From Alphaproteobacteria bacterium (GTDB lineage Bacteria > Pseudomonadota > Alphaproteobacteria > JAAXGF01), in assembly GCA_963555825.3 (NCBI GenBank), contig CAUVXB020000002.1, positions 1,760,001 to 1,824,000 of the forward strand: a DNA stretch of 64,000 bases, in the 5' to 3' direction. Made by a program: the position numbers and the translations under genes. Every line of letters begins with the position of its first letter. Within the stretch, counting starts at the first letter, position 1. The notes below the pieces were generated by a model. It ran no database searches, was not told where the DNA came from, and saw only the letters and a program-made list of their open reading frames with translations. Below are positions 32,565-42,242 of this stretch, one piece after another.

Positions 32565-34206
32565 CCGACATTCCCCAGATGATATCCAAATTCGCGGAAA
32601 TCGTACCACGGCCCCATCTCCAAGGGAACTCTGTTCCCATTGCAGCCATCCGATGACATGATTTTGGTAATCGGCCAGCGCGTGGAAGGCCATTTGGTCG
32701 TTTCTCTTGCCATCCAGACACACCTCTCGTGTCGCAATCTCCTTGCCGTCGATTCCCTCGGCCTACGCCGGAGCGGGTCTTCGTCGTAGATCATCAATCA
32801 GGCTCAAGATTTTCTGGAACAAGCTTCTGGTGACTGCAACCTCGGCCAATTGAAATGTGACGTACCGGCCATGGCTGACAACTTTCGCACCGATCTTGAC
32901 CAGCTTCTCCCTCAGCGTCGTCAGCGACCATTGCTCCACGGCATCGGGCAACGCCAGGGTACGCATGAAGTTGCCGAGGTTATAGGCGAGTGCATGCAGC
33001 TGGAGCCGGACGGCATTGTTGCGTAACGAACGGCATGACAGCCGCGTCCACTTGATGGCGTTCTTGCCTTCCTTGATCCATTGCTCGGCAGTGCCGCGCT
33101 GATTGTAGAACGCAACAACCCGCTCGGCAGGACGGCTCAGGTTGGTGACGATGAAGCCGACGCGGGGATACAGTTCCCCTGAGTGCCACTCCACCTTGGC
33201 GACGACCCGGCGGGGCTCCGTCCAGCTACCGGCCCGATAGCTGAAGTTCGCGTAATACCGACGAACTTCCTTCGGCGGCCGACCGACGGGGCGCTTGAGC
33301 AGGTGCGCGATGCTGTCGTGCAGCACCTTGTTGGCCGGAAGCCGGATGGCGTACTTGAAGCCTTCCGCTTCCAGAAACTCATAAACCTCGGGCGAGGCGA
33401 AGGCGGCGTCACCACGGAAATAACGCCGGAGTGTCTTGTTCCGGTATCGAGCGACCACCGGGTCCAACACATCGCGCCATTCATGGGCGCTGTGCACGTT
33501 GCCCGGACGCAGGGCGCAACGCTCCAGATCGCCGAACTGGTTGAACACGAACAGCGGGTGATAGCACGTGCAGCCGAAGTGACCGTTGTAGGCCGTGCCC
33601 TCCTGGTCACCGTAGGTCGGGCTGACGGAGCTGTCCATGTCGAGCACGATAATCTTCGGCGGCTTGCGCTCGTTAACCTGGTCGATCCAGATGCCCAAAA
33701 GGTCAGCGAGCGCGGCGAGGTTGTCATTGGTGGCGAGTAACTCCGTCTCGAACCGGCCCATCTGGCTGGTCGATGCGCCGCCGCGCTCGACAGCCCTGCC
33801 GCCGACGATCCACCGCATCGCAGGATCGCGCCCCAGCCGGTCGGCGTCGTTCACGTCCTCGTACCCGGCGAGACGACCATAGACGGATTGGCGAAGGAGA
33901 CCGATGATGCCGTGCCAACCGTTCTTGCCGGTCCGGCTGTCAGCAATAACGTCACCGGCCAGCGTGGTCAGGCCGAGGGCTTCGTCCAGTTCACGATAGG
34001 CGAGCAGACCAGCGTCTGACGTGATCCGCGAACCGTGGAACTCGAACTTCAGTCTTCGGTCGAAAAACGCCCGCAGAAGCCCCCGATCCGACTCACCCTC
34101 CAGGTTCCGCATTCGACCCACCCTCCGTCTGATCTAATCCACTGATTCTTATACAGGAATCAGACGGAAACCGCATCAGATGGATCGGTCACTTGGGGAA
34201 TGCGGG
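32565..34206 (-). mobile_element. IS1380-family element, 5-bp TSD ATAAT
   Basis: IRs CCGACATTCCCC / CCCGCATTCCCC; empty site visible in copy 2 at ~39066-39074. Confidence 0.9.
32763..34121 (-). CDS. IS1380 transposase
   Basis: ITSDAGLL, LDMDSS, RGDAAF, YNQRGTAEQWIKEGK. Confidence 0.93.
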   Translation of the reverse strand: MGRMRNLEGESDRGLLRAFFDRRLKFEFHGSRITSDAGLLAYRELDEALGLTTLAGDVIADSRTGKNGWHGIIGLLRQSVYGRLAGYEDVNDADRLGRDPAMRWIVGGRAVERGGASTSQMGRFETELLATNDNLAALADLLGIWIDQVNERKPPKIIVLDMDSSVSPTYGDQEGTAYNGHFGCTCYHPLFVFNQFGDLERCALRPGNVHSAHEWRDVLDPVVARYRNKTLRRYFRGDAAFASPEVYEFLEAEGFKYAIRLPANKVLHDSIAHLLKRPVGRPPKEVRRYYANFSYRAGSWTEPRRVVAKVEWHSGELYPRVGFIVTNLSRPAERVVAFYNQRGTAEQWIKEGKNAIKWTRLSCRSLRNNAVRLQLHALAYNLGNFMRTLALPDAVEQWSLTTLREKLVKIGAKVVSHGRYVTFQLAEVAVTRSLFQKILSLIDDLRRRPAPA

Positions 34207-34210
34207 ATAA

Positions 34211-35821
34211 TTGTGCATGTTTACTTTACGCGACCGACGGACTGGGGAATTGTTTGATCGCTGGTCCGATTTCGGGGACAAACGTCGGCGCCTGATGGAG
34301 CAATCCTGGGCCGGGGTTTTTCGGAACCATCTGCTTGTCGAACTTCCGGTTGACGATCTTTGCCGTCACCTTGATGAACGCATGGGCCGACCATCGAAGG
34401 ATCTACACGTTGTCATCGGGGTCTTGCTTTTGCAGCAGCTGCACGATCTGAGCGATGCAGAGACCGTCGAGGCCCTGGCCTTCAATATGGCGTGGCACTA
34501 TGCCTTGGACGTGCGCAGCGAAGCGGACAGCTATTTCTGTGAGAAAACCCTGCGCAACTATCGCCGTCTGTTTATCGAACAAGGTCTCGATGAATTGCTG
34601 TTCCGGTGTTTGACGGATCGGCTGGTGCAGGGGTTCTCTGTCGATACCAGCCACCAACGCATGGATTCGACGGCCCTTCGTTCGGCAATGCGGGCGCTGA
34701 CACGACTTGGTATCGTTGTTGAGAGCATCTCGAAGTTTGCCCGTGAGCTTGAGCGATATCATCCCGGTCTGCACGAGCAGATCAGCAAGGAGGTGATCCG
34801 CCGCTATGTCGATCGCGAGGGTAATGGCGCGTTCGCGAATACGGCGCCGAGTGTTTCAAAACGGCGCCTCGGCGAAGCGGGTCAGTATCTCCTAGCCCTG
34901 GTGCTGCAATTCCGTGACACGGCGGCGGCAAAGCTTTCCAGTTTTGCGATCCTGGAGAGGGTTCTGCGCGATCAGTTCGAGATCGTTGATGATGAGTATG
35001 GCGATCGTGACGCAACGCGCGCCGCGATTCGAGATCCAAAGGATGTGCCGTGCGATACCGTCGGCAATCCGGCCGACCCGGACGCGAGCTACAACGCGCA
35101 CAAGGGTCAAGGATACATGGCGCAGATCGTCGAAACCTATTGTGAAGATGTCAGTAACGAGGCGGTTGCCGCGACACCGGACCTCATCACCCACGTGGAG
35201 GTCCACAAGATGACGGTGCATGACGGCCATCGCTTAGCCGATGCGCTGGATGATCTGAGCGAGCGCGCGCTGACGCCGGCGGTGATGCTGGGTGATTCAC
35301 ATTACGGTTCCAGTGACAACATGGCTCTGACGCGCGAACAGAACATCAATCTCGTGGCGCCCGCACGACCGCCGAAAGGCGCCGTCTCGGGACGGTTGAC
35401 GTTGGAGGATTTCACTCTCAACGAAGAAGGCTTGGTCTTGCGCTGTCCCAATAACGTCGAACCGGTTTCAGCCTCGCTCGCCAAAGCCAAGCTGCAGGCC
35501 CGTTTCGACCTCTCCATCTGCCAAAAATGTCCCGATATACTGCGATGTCCCGTGCAGGCGGCCAAGCGTGACGGCCAATTTTCCCGCTTTCAATATACCC
35601 CGGCCAGGGCTGCCAACCAAAAGCGCCGGCTTTATGAACAAAGCGATGCCTTCCGCAACGTCTACAGATGGCGGGCCGGCATAGAAGCGACCATGTCGCG
35701 ATTAAAGTACCAGATGAACCTGGCTCACCTACGCATTCGCGGCATGCCGGCCATGCGCTACGTGGTCAATCTGCGTGCCCTCGGCCTCAATATCCGACGC
35801 TGCGCGGCAATCGCACCATAA
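34211..35821 (+). CDS. IS1182-like DDE transposase (536 aa)
   Basis: DUF772-like N-terminus, QRMDST, GDSHYG, Cys cluster, Y-2-R-3-E-6-K (YRWRAGIEATMSRLK). Confidence 0.85.
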   Translation: MCMFTLRDRRTGELFDRWSDFGDKRRRLMEQSWAGVFRNHLLVELPVDDLCRHLDERMGRPSKDLHVVIGVLLLQQLHDLSDAETVEALAFNMAWHYALDVRSEADSYFCEKTLRNYRRLFIEQGLDELLFRCLTDRLVQGFSVDTSHQRMDSTALRSAMRALTRLGIVVESISKFARELERYHPGLHEQISKEVIRRYVDREGNGAFANTAPSVSKRRLGEAGQYLLALVLQFRDTAAAKLSSFAILERVLRDQFEIVDDEYGDRDATRAAIRDPKDVPCDTVGNPADPDASYNAHKGQGYMAQIVETYCEDVSNEAVAATPDLITHVEVHKMTVHDGHRLADALDDLSERALTPAVMLGDSHYGSSDNMALTREQNINLVAPARPPKGAVSGRLTLEDFTLNEEGLVLRCPNNVEPVSASLAKAKLQARFDLSICQKCPDILRCPVQAAKRDGQFSRFQYTPARAANQKRRLYEQSDAFRNVYRWRAGIEATMSRLKYQMNLAHLRIRGMPAMRYVVNLRALGLNIRRCAAIAP

Positions 35822-36050
35822 AAAACGAAGCCAAGGAGAAGCCAAGGGTAGGTAATATCAGGTTTTATCCACCAGCAACGCGGAGACAGGCAAATATTCT
35901 TCACCGAACCGCAAAGACCTGTACAAGCACGCCATCGGCCAACAACTTTTTACCGCCCCGTCGAATCTTGTGTACGGCGTTGAAATGAAGGCGGCGTATC
36001 CTGGTGATTGTTGATGTCACCACTTGAGCTAAGCCAAGGAAGGATACGCC

Positions 36051-37295
36051 ATGAAAGAGAATACCGTTGTTGCTTTTCAAAACCCATCTGATTTTCAGAA
36101 AGATCCGTTGACGGAAGTCCTACAAGCTGGAGCTCGCGAGTTGTTGGCCCAAGCCGTTGAGGCCGAGGTCTCCGTGTTTTTGGGTAGCCATGCGGCGCTT
36201 GTTGACGCCGCCGGCCGCCGCCGGGTTGTCCGCAATGGATATCTGCCGGAACGCTTCATCCAGACCGGGATCGGCCCGGTGAGCGTGCGCCAACCCCGTG
36301 TGCGGGACCGGGGGGACGGCGCCATCCGCTTCACGTCGGCGATCCTGCCGCGCTATCTGCGCCGCGCCAAGAGCCTGGAAGACCTTTTGCCATGGCTGTA
36401 TCTGAAGGGCATTTCCACCGGCGACTTCGGGGAAGCCTTGGCGGCGCTCCTGGGGAGCTCCGCGCCGGGGCTTTCGGCCTCCACGATCACCCGGCTGAAA
36501 GAGGTCTGGGGGGTTGAGGCGGAGCGCTGGCAACGGCGCGACCTCACGGCCAAGCGCTACGTCTATTTCTGGGTGGACGGCATCTATTTCAGCGCCCGCA
36601 TGGAGGAAGAGAAGCAGTGCATCCTGGTGATCGTCGGGGCCACGGACAAGGGACAGAAGGAACTGATCGCCATCGCCGACGGCTATCGCGAAAGTGAGCA
36701 GTCCTGGCTCGAAGTTCTGCTCGATCTCAAGCGGCGCGGCCTTGAAATGGGTCCGCAACTGGCGCTCGGCGACGGCGCGCTCGGCTTCTGGAAGGCGCTC
36801 CGCCAAGTCTACCCAGGCGCCCGCGAGCAACGCTGCTGGGTTCACAAGACGGGCAACGTCTTGAACAAGCTGCCCAAGGGTCTGCAAAAGAAAGCCAAGG
36901 GGCGCCTGCAAGACATCTGGATGGCCGAAACCAGGAAGGATGCCGAGAGCGCCTTCGACTTCTTCCTGGAAGCCTACGGGCCGAAGTACGACAAGGCCGC
37001 GGCCTGCCTGGCCAAGGACCGCGACGTCCTGCTGACGTTCTACGACTTCCCCGCCGAGCACTGGAAGCATGTACGCACGACCAACCCCATCGAGAGCACG
37101 TTCGCCACGGTTCGTCTGCGCACCTACCGGACCAAGGGCTGCCTGTCGCGCAAGACGGCGATGGCCATGGTCTTCAAACTATGCCAGTGCGCTCAGAGAA
37201 AATGGAGAAAACTCGATGGATCGAACCATCTCGCCGAGATCATTCGCGGCGTCAAATTCGTAGATGGAGAACGCCAGGATCGCGCCGCCGCATGA
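36051..37295 (+). CDS. IS256 transposase
   Basis: RNGY, YLKGISTGD, WVDGI, GDGALG, QRCWVH, RTTNPIES. Confidence 0.95.
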   Translation: MKENTVVAFQNPSDFQKDPLTEVLQAGARELLAQAVEAEVSVFLGSHAALVDAAGRRRVVRNGYLPERFIQTGIGPVSVRQPRVRDRGDGAIRFTSAILPRYLRRAKSLEDLLPWLYLKGISTGDFGEALAALLGSSAPGLSASTITRLKEVWGVEAERWQRRDLTAKRYVYFWVDGIYFSARMEEEKQCILVIVGATDKGQKELIAIADGYRESEQSWLEVLLDLKRRGLEMGPQLALGDGALGFWKALRQVYPGAREQRCWVHKTGNVLNKLPKGLQKKAKGRLQDIWMAETRKDAESAFDFFLEAYGPKYDKAAACLAKDRDVLLTFYDFPAEHWKHVRTTNPIESTFATVRLRTYRTKGCLSRKTAMAMVFKLCQCAQRKWRKLDGSNHLAEIIRGVKFVDGERQDRAAA

Positions 37296-37316
37296 TCAGC
37301 CCATACACAACTTTTG

Positions 37317-39115
37317 ACGGGGCGGTAAAAAGTTGTTGGCCGATGGCGTGCTTGTACAGGTCTTTGCGGTTCGGTGAAGAATATTTGCCTGTCTCCGCGT
37401 TGCTGGTGGATAAAACCTGATATTACCTACCCTTGGCTTCTCCTTGGCTTCGTTTTTTATGGTGCGATTGCCGCGCAGCGTCGGATATTGAGGCCGAGGG
37501 CACGCAGATTGACCACGTAGCGCATGGCCGGCATGCCGCGAATGCGTAGGTGAGCCAGGTTCATCTGGTACTTTAATCGCGACATGGTCGCTTCTATGCC
37601 GGCCCGCCATCTGTAGACGTCGCGGAAGGCATCGCTTTGTTCATAAAGCCGGCGCTTTTGGTTGGCAGCCCTGGCCGGGGTATATTGAAAGCGGGAAAAT
37701 TGGCCGTCACGCTTGGCCGCCTGCACGGGACATCGCAGTATATCGGGACATTTTTGGCAGATGGAGAGGTCGAAACGGGCCTGCAGCTTGGCTTTGGCGA
37801 GCGAGGCTGAAACCGGTTCGACGTTATTGGGACAGCGCAAGACCAAGCCTTCTTCGTTGAGAGTGAAATCCTCCAACGTCAACCGTCCCGAGACGGCGCC
37901 TTTCGGCGGTCGTGCGGGCGCCACGAGATTGATGTTCTGTTCGCGCGTCAGAGCCATGTTGTCACTGGAACCGTAATGTGAATCACCCAGCATCACCGCC
38001 GGCGTCAGCGCGCGCTCGCTCAGATCATCCAGCGCATCGGCTAAGCGATGGCCGTCATGCACCGTCATCTTGTGGACCTCCACGTGGGTGATGAGGTCCG
38101 GTGTCGCGGCAACCGCCTCGTTACTGACATCTTCACAATAGGTTTCGACGATCTGCGCCATGTATCCTTGACCCTTGTGCGCGTTGTAGCTCGCGTCCGG
38201 GTCGGCCGGATTGCCGACGGTATCGCACGGCACATCCTTTGGATCTCGAATCGCGGCGCGCGTTGCGTCACGATCGCCATACTCATCATCAACGATCTCG
38301 AACTGATCGCGCAGAACCCTCTCCAGGATCGCAAAACTGAAAAGCTTTGCCGCCGCCGTGTCACGGAATTGCAGCACCAGGGCTAGGAGATACTGACCCG
38401 CTTCGCCGAGGCGCCGTTTTGAAACACTCGGCGCCGTATTCGCGAACGCGCCATTACCCTCGCGATCGACATAGCGGCGGATCACCTCCTTGCTGATCTG
38501 CTCGTGCAGACCGGGATGATATCGCTCAAGCTCACGGGCAAACTTCGAGATGCTCTCAACAACGATACCAAGTCGTGTCAGCGCCCGCATTGCCGAACGA
38601 AGGGCCGTCGAATCCATGCGTTGGTGGCTGGTATCGACAGAGAACCCCTGCACCAGCCGATCCGTCAAACACCGGAACAGCAATTCATCGAGACCTTGTT
38701 CGATAAACAGACGGCGATAGTTGCGCAGGGTTTTCTCACAGAAATAGCTGTCCGCTTCGCTGCGCACGTCCAAGGCATAGTGCCACGCCATATTGAAGGC
38801 CAGGGCCTCGACGGTCTCTGCATCGCTCAGATCGTGCAGCTGCTGCAAAAGCAAGACCCCGATGACAACGTGTAGATCCTTCGATGGTCGGCCCATGCGT
38901 TCATCAAGGTGACGGCAAAGATCGTCAACCGGAAGTTCGACAAGCAGATGGTTCCGAAAAACCCCGGCCCAGGATTGCTCCATCAGGCGCCGACGTTTGT
39001 CCCCGAAATCGGACCAGCGATCAAACAATTCCCCAGTCCGTCGGTCGCGTAAAGTAAACATGCACAATTATAATCCAGCCGACTCTCATGAGGAATCGAC
39101 TTTTTACCGCCCCGT
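37317..39115 (-). mobile_element. IS1182-like element copy 2 (in IS256 right IR)
   Basis: Same IRs; flanking duplication CAACTTTTG (37308-37316, 39116-39124). Confidence 0.9.
37457..39067 (-). CDS. IS1182-like DDE transposase, copy 2
   Basis: Same as 34211-35821 except S/F (KLSSF/KLFSF) and N/D (FRNV/FRDV). Confidence 0.85.
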   Translation of the reverse strand: MCMFTLRDRRTGELFDRWSDFGDKRRRLMEQSWAGVFRNHLLVELPVDDLCRHLDERMGRPSKDLHVVIGVLLLQQLHDLSDAETVEALAFNMAWHYALDVRSEADSYFCEKTLRNYRRLFIEQGLDELLFRCLTDRLVQGFSVDTSHQRMDSTALRSAMRALTRLGIVVESISKFARELERYHPGLHEQISKEVIRRYVDREGNGAFANTAPSVSKRRLGEAGQYLLALVLQFRDTAAAKLFSFAILERVLRDQFEIVDDEYGDRDATRAAIRDPKDVPCDTVGNPADPDASYNAHKGQGYMAQIVETYCEDVSNEAVAATPDLITHVEVHKMTVHDGHRLADALDDLSERALTPAVMLGDSHYGSSDNMALTREQNINLVAPARPPKGAVSGRLTLEDFTLNEEGLVLRCPNNVEPVSASLAKAKLQARFDLSICQKCPDILRCPVQAAKRDGQFSRFQYTPARAANQKRRLYEQSDAFRDVYRWRAGIEATMSRLKYQMNLAHLRIRGMPAMRYVVNLRALGLNIRRCAAIAP

Positions 39116-39134
39116 CAACTTTTGACAATAGCTC

Positions 39135-41058
39135 TGAGGTCGTAGGCGAAGGGCTGGCCCGAGGTGAACAGCGTCTTGTAACACGAGAAGCAGGTGTCCA
39201 TCGGATCGCGCCGACAGTGGATGATCCGCGCGGCCGGCAGCATGGCGTGGATCAGGCCGAGATGGCGATGGTTGAGCGGCATCTTGTCGGTGACCCGCGC
39301 GGCGTCAGGCGCCAGGGCGCGGAGCGCCGCGACATAGCTCTCGCCCAGCTCGCGCCACATCGCGCCATCGATCTCGGCGGCGCATTCGGGATAGCGGTGC
39401 GTCGACGACAGCCGGCGCGGCAGGCCATCGGCGAGGCGCATGATCTCGTCCAGCTCGCCACCGCCATGAACGGCGGGGTGGCTGGCCAGTATCTGCTCGA
39501 CCAGGGTGGTGCCCGAGCGCGGCATGCCGACGATGAAGACGGGCAGTTCGGCGCCGTCGCCGAGGCCGTCAGCGCGCGCGAGGAAGGCATCGTCGAAGCT
39601 TCGCGTGATGCGCTCGACGATGTCTGTTTCGTCGGCGATGTCGAAATCGATGGCGCCGCGCTTGAGCCGGTTGCCCCGCTCGATACAGTCGAACGCCGCG
39701 TCGTTGTCGCCGGTGTCTTCATGGGCCTTGCCGAGCGAGAACAGGAGCCGCGCCGCGTCGGCGTCGGTGAGCGACGGATCCGCGACGCGCGCCGTCAATG
39801 CGGCGATATCGTCGTCGCCCGGCTCGAAAGTCTTCACGGCGCTCATGTTGTGGTGTGCCTCGGCCAGGCCGGGATCGAACGCGAGCGCGCGGGCGTAGGC
39901 CGCGACGGCCTCGTCGAGCCGCCCCAGGTTGGCCAGCACCATGCCCAGGTTGTTGTGCGCCACGGCGAGTTCCGGCTGCAGCTCGAGCGCCTTGTGGCAC
40001 GCCGCGAGCGCCTCCTCCAGCGCGCCCTGGCCGGCCAGCGCGATGCCCAGGTTGTTGTAGGCCTCGGCGTAATCGGGCTTGATCTGGACGGCGCGGCGAT
40101 AGGCCGCCACCGCGTCGGCCTGGTTGCCGCGCGCTTCCAGTGCGGCGCCCAGGTTGAACTGCGCCTCGGCGAGGTCGGGCTCGAGCCTCAGCGCGCGGCG
40201 GTAGGCCGCCAACGCCTCGTCGAGTTCGCCCGAAAGTCGGAGCGCATTGCCCAGGGTGTTGTGCGCCTCGGCGCTGTTCGGATCGAGCGCGAGCGCCTGG
40301 CGGATTTCCGCGACCGCCCGGGCGGGCTCGCCGAGTTCGACCAACGTCGCGCCAAGGCGGCTCCGCCATTCGGCCGCGTCGGGGCGCAGCGCGAGCGCCT
40401 TGCGAAAGGCCGTCGCGGCCGCCTCGTGCGCGCCCTGCGCGTGGCGCGCCATGGCCAGGGTGGCCTGCGCCTCGGCATAGTCGGGCCGCAGCTCGAGTGC
40501 TCTCAAGCAGGCGACGGCCGCGTCGTCGGCACGGCCCGACGCCAGCTCGGCGCGGCCCAGGTTGTTGTGCGCCATGGCGTAGTCGGGCTCGAGCGCGACG
40601 GCGCGGCGGCAGGCGGCGGCGGCGTCTGCGGGCCTGCCGAGGTCGAGGAGCGTGACCCCCAGGTTGTTGTGCGCCGTGGCGAAGTTCGGGGCGGCGGCGA
40701 CGGCGTTTTGAAAAGCCGCCAGGGCCTCTTCGGCCGCGCCCCGTTCCTTGAGGATGTTGCCCAGGTTGTAGTGCGCCTCGGCGTCGTCGGGCGCCGCCGC
40801 GATGGCGCGCCGGATGAGGTCGACGGCCGCGGCGGCATCGCCCCTCTGGTAGCGGATGACGCCGAGCAGATGCAGGGCACCGGCCTGGTCGGGCTGGCGC
40901 GCCAGAACATCGGCGCAGAGCCGCGCGGCCTCGTCGAGCCGGCCGGCGCGCTGGTGGCCCAGCGCCGTCTTGAGCGCTTGATCCGCCGATGCCGCGCCAC
41001 CGCCCCGAGCGGGTTGTCGACCGGCCTTGCCTGACGCGCGTCGTTGCTTCCTGTTCAT
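39135..41058 (-). pseudogene. TPR-repeat sulfotransferase, N-terminal part
   Basis: MNRKQRRA, many AEAHNNLG TPRs, IVGMPRSGTTLVEQIL, DKMP. Confidence 0.92.
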
Positions 41059-41127
41059 CGGCTACCGCGAAGACGTGAGTTGAGCCCGGACCATGATACC
41101 CTACCGAAACCGGCCCGCGGTCATTCC

Positions 41128-42033
41128 ATGAGGCCGTATCCCCGTCGGAGCCGATGCTTGTTCAGTGACATTCCCCCGAGCCTGTTCGCGCTGACTTCGG
41201 CGCTGTTGTTCGCGGTCGGCGCGCAGATCCAAAATATCGGGCTTGCACGCGTCGATTCGCGCAACGGCGCGACGATCTCGATCGTCGCCTCTGCGGTCTT
41301 CCTGTGGTTGATGGCGCCGTTCCTGATGGATTGGTCGAACTGGCTCGAGCCGGCGGTGTTGATCTTCGTTTTGGTGGGCCTGTTCCGCCCCTCGGTCTCG
41401 GCCAATCTGGCGATCGCCGGCATGCGCTATCTCGGGCCGACGCTGACGACGACGCTCAGCGCCACCTCGCCGCTGTTCGGCGCCGCCTTCGGCGTAGTGC
41501 TCCTGGGCGAGACGCTGACCTGGCCGATCGCGCTCGGCACCGGCGGCATCATCGTGGCGGTCGCCATGCTCGCCAAGCGCGACGCGCGGATGGCGCAGAG
41601 CTGGCCGCTCTGGGCGCTCGGCCTGCCGATCGGCGCGGCGGCGATCCGCTCGATCGGCCACGTATTTTCGAAGATCGGCATGGAAAGCATTCCCGACCCC
41701 TACTTCGCCAGCCTGGTGGGGTTCACGGTCTCGGCACTGATCATGCTGGTGCTTCACCGCGTGCGGCCGGGCGCGCACCGCGTGCCGTGGCGAACACCCG
41801 GGCCCTATTGGTTCGTCGCCGCCGCCGTTATCATGAGCATCTCGGTCATTTCGCTGAACACGGCGTTGATGCGCGGCCAGATCGTCACGGTGGTGCCGAT
41901 CGTCGCCTGCTCGCCGGTCTTCACCATGCTGCTGAGCGTCCTGGTCTTCCGCCGCGAACGCCTGACCCCGCGCGTCGTGCTCGCCGTCGCGCTGGTCGTG
42001 CCCTCGGTCGTCTTCATCGCGCTGAACCTTTAG
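41128..42033 (+). CDS. DMT/EamA family transporter
   Basis: Two EamA-like halves (SPLFG...LLGE, SPVF...RE); start uncertain. Confidence 0.8.
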   Translation: MRPYPRRSRCLFSDIPPSLFALTSALLFAVGAQIQNIGLARVDSRNGATISIVASAVFLWLMAPFLMDWSNWLEPAVLIFVLVGLFRPSVSANLAIAGMRYLGPTLTTTLSATSPLFGAAFGVVLLGETLTWPIALGTGGIIVAVAMLAKRDARMAQSWPLWALGLPIGAAAIRSIGHVFSKIGMESIPDPYFASLVGFTVSALIMLVLHRVRPGAHRVPWRTPGPYWFVAAAVIMSISVISLNTALMRGQIVTVVPIVACSPVFTMLLSVLVFRRERLTPRVVLAVALVVPSVVFIALNL

Positions 42034-42242
42034 GCGCCGCGCGCGAGCGTCGCCGGGTCCTTGTAGGTCGCCGTGGCAAACGTCAACGGCCTACGAAGTA
42101 GCAAAAAAACGATAGTACGCCGTTGATGGCAGCTCACAACTACTGATAGTATAGTTTATTGATATTTCGAACTTATCGTATGTGGTGTTCGTGTTCGACG
42201 CGGGGGTCGTGCATAGGAGATATTTTGTAGGAAGGGAATGAC

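Larger units (their letters stand above)
32516..35961 (+). mobile_element. IS1182-like element copy 1 (in IS256 left IR; carries IS1380)
   Basis: IR ACGGGGCGGTAAAAAGT; flanking duplication CGAATCTTG (32507-32515, 35962-35970). Confidence 0.88.
32497..39134 (+). mobile_element. IS256-family element expanded by nested insertions; 9-bp TSD TGAGGTCGT
   Basis: TSD at 32488-32496 and 39135-39143; ends GAGCTATAAC... / ...ACAATAGCTC. Confidence 0.92.

Noticed and set aside
35822-35945. Guide/bridge RNA in the invader's 3' non-coding end
   Set aside because: Only 5-6 nt matches (ACCGAA, TGTAC) to the target, expected by chance; the enzyme is DDE, not IS110-type
32516-39115. Composite transposon formed by the two inverted IS1182-like copies carrying IS256
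   Set aside because: Each copy has its own duplication, and the outer 9-bp TSD flanks the IS256 tips
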